NCBI RefSeq assembly: GCF_000150275.1
Contig: NW_002060947.1
Coordinates: 2,345,740-2,409,739, forward strand
Direction of reading: 5' to 3'
Length of the DNA stretch: 64,000 nt
From: Trichoplax adhaerens
Taxonomy: Eukaryota; Animalia; Placozoa
This document shows positions 56,810-64,000 of the stretch, piece by piece. How positions within the stretch are numbered: position 1 is the stretch's first letter; the number at the start of each line of letters is the position of its first letter. The notes beneath the pieces were generated by a model that was not told the DNA's origin, did no database searches, and saw only the letters and a program-made list of their open reading frames with translations. A program made the translations under genes and the position numbers.

Positions 56810-57144
56810 TCATGATGGTAAATTCTTTCCCAAGGAGCGAGCAAAATGTTGAGTCACAAGATCTTCTTGGCTTTCTGTGGTACGATTGCCTGTCAAGCTG
56901 CGAGCAAAGTGTTCCTCTACCATGTTATCAACATTGACTTCCTTAGAAGATTTTTCACAAGTTTTGTTCTCTCCAGATCTAATTCAGATAAATTACAAAA
57001 TTACTTCGCATTTCCCATCTTAATAGAGATGTACGAAATTTGTAAAACATTTATAAATAATCAATTCAAACCCGTAAATTTGAACTTCTTCACGCGCTGG
57101 AAGCTCATCACGGCGTCTTTCATGGTTCTCGCTGCTTACCTCAC
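56810..57144 (-). CDS. VGLL4: Vestigial-like 4 / Tgi-type TEAD(Scalloped) cofactor, last two coding exons; 5' exons unresolved
   Basis: Exon 57144-57072 (ttttttag acceptor, gtttga donor) splices in frame to exon 56978-56810. Together they read EVSSENHERRRDELPAREEVQIYGSGENKTCEKSSKEVNVDNMVEEHFARSLTGNRTTESQEDLVTQHFARSLGKNLPS*. This has two tandem Tondu (TDU) motifs, compared with human VGLL4 VEEHFRRSLGKNY and VDDHFAKALG. Confidence 0.85.
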
Positions 57145-58997
57145 CTAAAAAAAACTTTTCTATTAATCTGGAAGTTGAGTGGAACCACATACAATGAAAC
57201 ATTAATTTTTATTATTTCTTTTTAACTATCTATGTCTAAATTTATGAAGGCTTAAAGCAGTAAAGTGGGTAATTTAACCATAAACAGAAAAAGTGATGTC
57301 TACATAATAAAGCTCTGAAATACGAAAAGTAAAATAATTTCTAGGTAAAAATGTAAGCAAGCAATCACTTGCAATGTTACGAAATAATTCTAACTAAAAT
57401 TCCCATATACTCTCTCAATGCACTAGGATTTTAAATAAGTAAACAACTTTCATGAGGCGTAGTTACATTTATCCCTTAACCTAGCAGTTTTTGGCGCAGA
57501 TGTATGTTAGTAGCTGTCTTAAAATACTCCTTCTAAATACCAAAACGGGATTCGAATGTTGACTGGTCTATTTCGGCCTTGAATCAGTTATCACGTCGTA
57601 CGTGTCCTAAAACAGTGATTCATTCTTAAATTTATCAGGTGGTGTACTATGAGTCGATTTAAAAGGTTGCTTAATTTTCTACGATGTTTTTGCTTGTCGA
57701 GTGTCTGTCTAAACGTAAAATTGATCGCCTTTCTAATATTAGTCTATTACAACCTGCATTTTTGTATATCAAAGTAAAATTGTTTATAGGCCCTTAAACG
57801 TTTTTGTTGTACAGTATACATAAATCAAAAAGTCGTGACATGACAGTAAAAATATTTATAAGGTCTCACAATCTTTTGTTCTTGATAGTAGTAAGTAAAA
57901 TTTAGGAGCTTAGATATTATTATGTCCTGGATTTTGTTCTTATTTATATAATTTCGTTAATTGTTAGAACTATTTATTTATAATCAAGTGTACCCAAGCG
58001 TATTTAAATACGCCCGTTGAAGATGTCATGTGCACCCATTGCTCGTACTGTACTTGCGTACCTAACTGATTTTTTTACTTTATGTACCCTCATATTAATC
58101 TAGTCGATGTATATTGGTATCATGACTAATAAGAATTTCTTGGCTAGATTTACGATAATCAGTATAATTATAAGGATAACTAAATCTAGGCAACAGTTAC
58201 TATTGTAATGTAAGCATAGGATACTGTATGAAGCGTGCGTGAAATGAATGCTGCTATGTTAGTGTGGAAGTTTATACTAAAACCTATTTAAGAAATTTCT
58301 ATATTTTTACTGAATTGTTATTAAAACAACTTAAAAAGAGTTTATGTAACTTAAATTCTAAAATCTACAACGAAGCCTGCGGATCTTATCGTGTATAAAA
58401 CGAGGAAGAAAGTCTCGCTCGCACATCTAGTTCATATTTAAAATTTGCCGACGTCACTAATTTTTATACAAATCCTGTTAAATCGCGGCTTTTCTGATGA
58501 TGCATATTATATTTCTGATGAATATTATCAAAGCTGATGTTGATAAAAGAAAACATTTTTGATATTATCTTTATATCATAAACTCTACAAAGTTCCTCAC
58601 AATTTATCGTGATGCATAAAGAGTTGTCGAGTTATAAGACGGTGAATTATTAATTAAATTAAATTAATTTAAATTAATTAATGTATTATATATACAGTAT
58701 AAAGTAATATAATTTAATCAATTAGAGTACAGCATGTACAGTAGTGTACATTCACTTTTGGTAATTAAGAAGATTGTGATAAGTGGAACTTGAAATAAAT
58801 TTAATTCTATTTTCATATATTGCTTTCATTTAATCTTGACAGGCAGACAGTAAATTCTTACGGTTGGTTAACAATACGATTATTGTTATATCTATATATA
58901 TAGTGATACTAAATGATACGGTAGTAACTTGCGTGCGCAATAATAGCGATATATAGTGTCGAGTGCCGTTCTTTTTCGAAACTGGATAATTTGCCGC

Positions 58998-59165
58998 ATT
59001 AAATTAAAATTATGCAGTCTGGAATTGTACGCTGTAAAATATTCAATCCACTCTAATAATATCAAAAGTAGACACTGCTTCATTAGATTAATTTTATGCT
59101 GTATAGGATCGAACTCCGCAAAGTATTCAATTCACCCTCGTAACATCAAACTTATACTAATCGAT
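58998..59165 (+). repeat. Degenerate 84-nt (28-codon) tandem duplication encoding RI-type LRR-like units
   Basis: attaaattaaaattatgc...aaatattcaatccactctaataatatcaaa versus attagattaattttatgc...aagtattcaattcaccctcgtaacatcaaa, offset 84 nt. They translate as IKLKLCSLELYAVKYSIHSNNIKS and IRLILCCIGSNSAKYSIHPRNIKL. Confidence 0.6.
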
Positions 59166-60822
59166 ATTGTTTTCACCTTTACAGGTTCTGATTGTGTTTC
59201 ACCAAAAAACCTAATTTCAGATACTTACAATTAAAGTATAACGTTATTTGAATCATTACAAAATAACTAATTAGTTAGATAGTAGAAGTGGTCTGTACTT
59301 ATCGAACTGTTGCTAAAACGGAAATTGATGTTAAAGTCTAAAATTTAGAACAAAAGAAAGACGAAATCAAATCTTTAATTTTGCTAATATACCAAAATGA
59401 ACTGCCTACAAACCGATAAAATATGGCTGACGTAATCGATCCTAGACTCTACCTGATTAGTGAAGCGGTAGCACTCTTTACAAACAGCTACGTCGCAGTA
59501 GCACAACATATACGCAATTATATTGGGCATTTAGGGTAGGGATGACGATTCAGGGTATTTCGAATAGAGATCCTTATCACAGAACCTAACTCTCTTAAAT
59601 ACCAATATTTGTACAAGTAACTAAGCAAACTTATTTGCAAAACTTTCTTTACTTGAGGTAGATGCAAATAGATTAATGTAAACTATTCTTCACCTCTTAG
59701 TTCAGGCATTTCATCTACGATTATATTTTTTGTCAAGCTTTGTAAGTTATTTCTGGTATAGTAAACGCGACCATGAATACGTGCGAAACCTGAACATAAA
59801 TAGTATTTCCATTCATGTTAAAAAATTCAACTCGAACGCTATAAAGTTTCAGACTTGCACCCAACTGAACCTTTCTTAAGTCTAATTCTGAGAACGCTAA
59901 GTACCAGTGCCCTAAGTATTGTAAAGAAAGATAATGTACCAAGCAAGCTACTGAATTCCATCTGCATGTATATTGATTCCTATTTGAAGCTCAACACGAA
60001 TAGGTTATTAACTTTTTGATCTATTTACGAGAAATGAATTTTTATGCAAATCGTACGAAATTAATCTCCCGACAGATTCAGTTTAATTAAATCGCTCTCA
60101 TCTTTGTCTTTAATTCGTCATTGTATAAGCATTCCAAGATGCTTGTACGTAAATAAAACTGAAATAGCTTTCTCTACAGACTCTTTATAGGAGATAGTAG
60201 AGAACTATGACGACTGGTATAATGATAGGTACAGAATGATAGCCGTATTAGTTGCAGAAATCATACGTTTCTGTTCTGTAAGTGGTGTGAAAGTGTGGCA
60301 CCCAGTGATAGCGGCATTAATGCATGATGAATAGTGCAAGAACGGTCACTGTTTAGTAATCACGTCGCAGCCGTTGAAATAATTCAAATCGAGGGTAACG
60401 ATGTGTTAGTAAGCGAATTATCACGTGTGTTTATTACGTGTTTTTATTCTAACAGTACAATGTAACGCGCAAATTAAGAGACAGTAGTAGCAAATACATC
60501 AGTAGAGATTGCCAACAATGAAATAGCTGCATGTAGTAGAATTATTGTAGCGCTCGACACTATATAGGTTGAAAATTTTCATGAATTAATATGTACAGTA
60601 CTGTAAAGGTTAACCTCATCTATGTAGTAATATAGCATGTAATTATTATTCACTGTCAATATAAGGTACATATGAATGTAGTAAATGAATAATCTGATCA
60701 ACTATATTTACATATATAATTATTAGATTTTTATCTATAACATTATATACTGAACATAATATACCGGATTACTGTGCTGTTCGCAATATCTGCCTTCATT
60801 GTCTATTGTAATTGCAACAGCT

Positions 60823-61561
60823 ATGACGAACATGTGTCAAAGCGAACAGTATATTCTTTTACAGCTTCGTGTTCGTAATTAATTGCATACCATCCTAATG
60901 TCTGCTAAATGCAGCATAACAATAAAATTTTCAGACGTACTAACGATGCTACTGAAAGCATCTCAGGCTTGACCCTTAGGTAGACTGAACGCTATATTAT
61001 CAATAAGAACAGATGAGGCATTACTCTACATGCAAGTATATTACCTAAACTGATTATGAGAGACATTACAATAACTTAACCTGTAGATTGTAAACTAAGC
61101 TAAATTAAAATAATTAAATTTAGTATTAACAGGAACATTTTACCTACTCGTAGAAGCGGAATAAATCGCATTGTAGACTGTATTGACGTCAAGAACAATA
61201 CTTTGCTAGTTAAAGCCCATAGTCGTATACTGAACCCAGTCATATTCAGTAAATGTTACGAAATTACGATAAATATCAAGAAAATTATGGTAAAGAATCG
61301 GCGTTATATAACCGTCATCTGGGCATAAAGGGTTAAGTGTAATACAACAGTATACGTACAGTGCAATAATTGCAGAATATTAATGAAAGAAATAAAACTG
61401 CTGAAAGCGAAATAGAACCAATGCGTAGTACACATACTGTAGTAGATCAAAATCCACTCTCGAGGTTGATGTGCCTAGCATTTGGCTGTCCCGGAATATT
61501 ATACTTCGTATTCGCATTTGCAAAGTATTACGTGTCAATGTTACAGTTCTACAAACAGTAA
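60823..61561 (+). CDS. Possible small orphan gene with a C-terminal hydrophobic segment
   Basis: Frame-compatible exons 60823-60848, 60935-60979, 61133-61289 and 61376-61561 with GT-AG boundaries. Ends LMCLAFGCPGILYFVFAFAKYYVSMLQFYKQ*. No recognised family. Confidence 0.25.
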
Positions 61562-63339
61562 TTGATAATCAAGCCTAAATAAAGACTTAAATACAGTACA
61601 CGTACAAAAAAATTAGCGGATTCCCAAATTCGGTAGTAAGATTGCGACGTAAATATGACTGCTTGGAAATTGTTAACTGTAAATTAATCAACTGAGCTTA
61701 ATTTATCAATTTTTAGAATTAGAGGAGATAAAATATGATAAACTAATACCTTCCGACGGCATAAACACTTAAGATATGGAACACAATCGGGGATTACTAG
61801 AGGATGCAGCATTCTCTGGTACTACTGTACTGTACTACATAAATGTAGAACACACGCGTAAATTCTGTTAATGCACCATTAGCATGTAATTTCCGTATGT
61901 TCAAAACACAACTTAAGCTTCGGCTATCAATGCTACTGTATGTGTTTGGATCTTTTCTGTACTGTATACAGCTTTGGTGGGAATAAACTAATGTAATTCC
62001 TATGGCAAAAATTTGATATCTATGCTCATTTACCAAAATTATTAATTGTAAGTAACTATTACAATTAGTAACGACTGTTTCGCATAACTAGATCTGTAAA
62101 GGTTCTAGATCCTTCAAGACGTTCTGAAGCAAGAACCTTTCGGGATTTCGATTTTTCACTGGGAACTGGTTCTTGTTCGATTCAGCACAGCTTAATCTGC
62201 GTTCCACGTTACAGTATAGTACCGTACACGATAGACTCGATAAGTCTAAAGTACAATATCATAGTAGAGAGAAAAAAATTCAATGGTGAATCCGATACAG
62301 CAAATCGTAAATCTTGTATCTCATGTTGACGAGGGCTACCTAGTAATGACATTGATCTGTCAAAGCAACCTGCCAAATTGTATATTATGCGTATGCTAGC
62401 CAATCTAAACCTGCATAGTGATGGATGTGGAAATTTCTATACGTACAGTAAGTATAGAGTTTAGCAGTTTAGAGGTTGAGATTTTTTTATTAAAGTTCTT
62501 TCACACTTTTAAAGTGATGAAGACTATCTACACTGTACGCTGATTCCGGAAGTATGCATAGTTTTTTCTCTCCCACTCTCCGTTTGGCCGTGATGGTATT
62601 ACAAAAAAATCGTCTTTTACTTTATGCACACACAGTAGATTATTATTATTATTAAGACTCATTGGCAGCGTCAAAAGCGCCTAACAATGATTAAACTCTT
62701 TATTGAGCAATAAGATACAACCCCCAAGATCTTTTAACCTCATTAGCAGTTCGCGGATCAATTTCATAAAGTGTTTAATATCGTCCTCTATAAAAGACTC
62801 CGATGGTTCGTATCTAATTCCCGGCGTACCGCATAGTTCACCCATCTATTAGATTTAGATTCGGGCAAGAGCTAAGTTGCGAACAGATACATTGGAATGC
62901 AACGTGCAAATCAATATCCAGCATTCTACAATACTCTACTGTACAATACGCGTATGTGCCATTCGCTAAAGTTATTTACAACTTTACCTTCACTGTGTAG
63001 GAATTCCAAAACAAGATAAAATTTGAAAAGAAATTCCATAATATTATTATTACAGTGCTGTGAATCATATCCAATTTGTATACCTTTAGAACGATACATA
63101 ATAGAGCGCATTGAAGACCGTAGTATATCACTACTGCAGTCATTAACTCTTCCAATCAAATGCATGAAATTTAAAGGACCAAGTTCATCGAGCAACATCA
63201 TGCAGAAATTTACATTTAATAATTAACCATCGTCAACTTACAATTTTGGGCCATCACTAAATGCGCTGCGTAAGACAGCAATTCAAGGGATGATTTCTCT
63301 TTATTATCCATGCCTCAATAATTATAATAATTTAACTTC

Positions 63340-64000
63340 TGACGAGCATACAGTATACAGTAGTACAGTATAAATATGCACTATACAGTATATATATGTA
63401 TGTTGTATAATAGTACTGTACAGTATCTCAGTGGTTTTGCAAATTGAGATTCGACTACGTCATATATTATTGCATAAACGCTTCTTTTACAAGTTATTAA
63501 ATGATCATCTAGTATCTTCCTCGTTCTCCTTGTGCAGAAAAAGAAAGAAAGAAATATGTACAATTCTACAGTAACTTTACTTTATTACTAAACCCCAAAT
63601 CAGCTAAAAGTGTACTGTACAGTATCAAACTCGGTACTGATCTGGCGTAGAGTATTGTACTGTGGCCGTGTACTGTACTGTATTGTACTGTACTGTGAGT
63701 CTAACTGTGACCATACAGTACGAGAATAGCAAAAGTTGTTTCACATTGTGAGAGGGGTAAGCAATGATTCAAACAACTTTTGCTATTCTCGTATGGTCGA
63801 CTGCACACTATTAGAATAATGTATCATCGTTTAAGCTATTTACGCTGAGTATCTGAGTAATCGGGATTATTATGGCTGGGGCCTACTGCACACTGTGCAC
63901 AGTGTACAGTACAGTACTGTACTACAGTATACTGTACATGTACTGTGCAGTACACTACAGTCCAAAGAGGAAAAAGAACCTCTACAGTACAGTACAGTAC
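63340..64000. repeat. Palindromic CAGTA/TACTG micro-repeat island (probably near a promoter)
   Basis: tactgtactgtattgtactgtactgtg, agtgtacagtacagtactgtactacagtatactgtac, cagtacagtacagtac. Confidence 0.85.
63709..63798. repeat. Perfect 23-bp inverted repeat / long hairpin
   Basis: tacgagaatagcaaaagttgttt (63719-63741) is the exact reverse complement of aaacaacttttgctattctcgta (63771-63793). The 29-nt spacer has extra cattg/caatg pairing, and outer gacca/tggtc also pair. Confidence 0.9.

Noticed and set aside
56846-57148. 100-aa plus-strand ORF MLSHKIFLAFCG...
   Set aside because: It is antisense to the Tondu-motif exons, and the splice signals support the minus strand.
58645-58685. AT-only palindromic run (taattaaattaaattaatttaaattaatta)
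   Set aside because: Low-complexity sequence expected at this base composition.
62190-62370. HEIQDLRFA|TYRV resemblance to the dystrophin/dystrobrevin IRFxxYR motif
   Set aside because: The match is very short and downstream sequence diverges and stops within a few codons.
63340-64000. CRISPR-like or prokaryotic repeat array
   Set aside because: There is no constant repeat with unique spacers and no cas genes, and the context is eukaryotic.
1-64000. tRNA, rRNA or snoRNA genes
   Set aside because: None was recognisable by eye; a tRNAscan-SE/Rfam scan would be needed to exclude them.

Overview
Eukaryotic (animal) genomic DNA that is AT-rich and intron-dense, with mostly ~70-150 nt GT-AG introns. 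The style suggests a placozoan such as Trichoplax (inference, not verified). Three large spliced genes are clear: an IP3 receptor (ITPR, minus strand, ATG at 14210, running off the left edge); UTP18 (plus strand, head-to-head with ITPR); and a complete axonemal dynein heavy chain DNAH12 (minus strand, 49104 to 22371) with an RFX X-box upstream. Manual translation shows several things the ORF track misses. (1) The 3' exons of a vestigial-like 4/Tgi-type gene with two Tondu motifs (VEEHFARSL, VTQHFARSLGKN) at 56810-57144. (2) A candidate gene built almost entirely of 12-46 nt micro-exons between the 3' ends of UTP18 and DNAH12. (3) Palindromic CAGTA/TACTG micro-repeat islands at gene 5' ends. 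(4) A MITE-like inverted-repeat element and a perfect 23-bp hairpin. (5) An A-rich, apparently decayed NACHT/LRR-like relic around a 50-N assembly gap. Exon boundaries were read by eye and no database searches were run.
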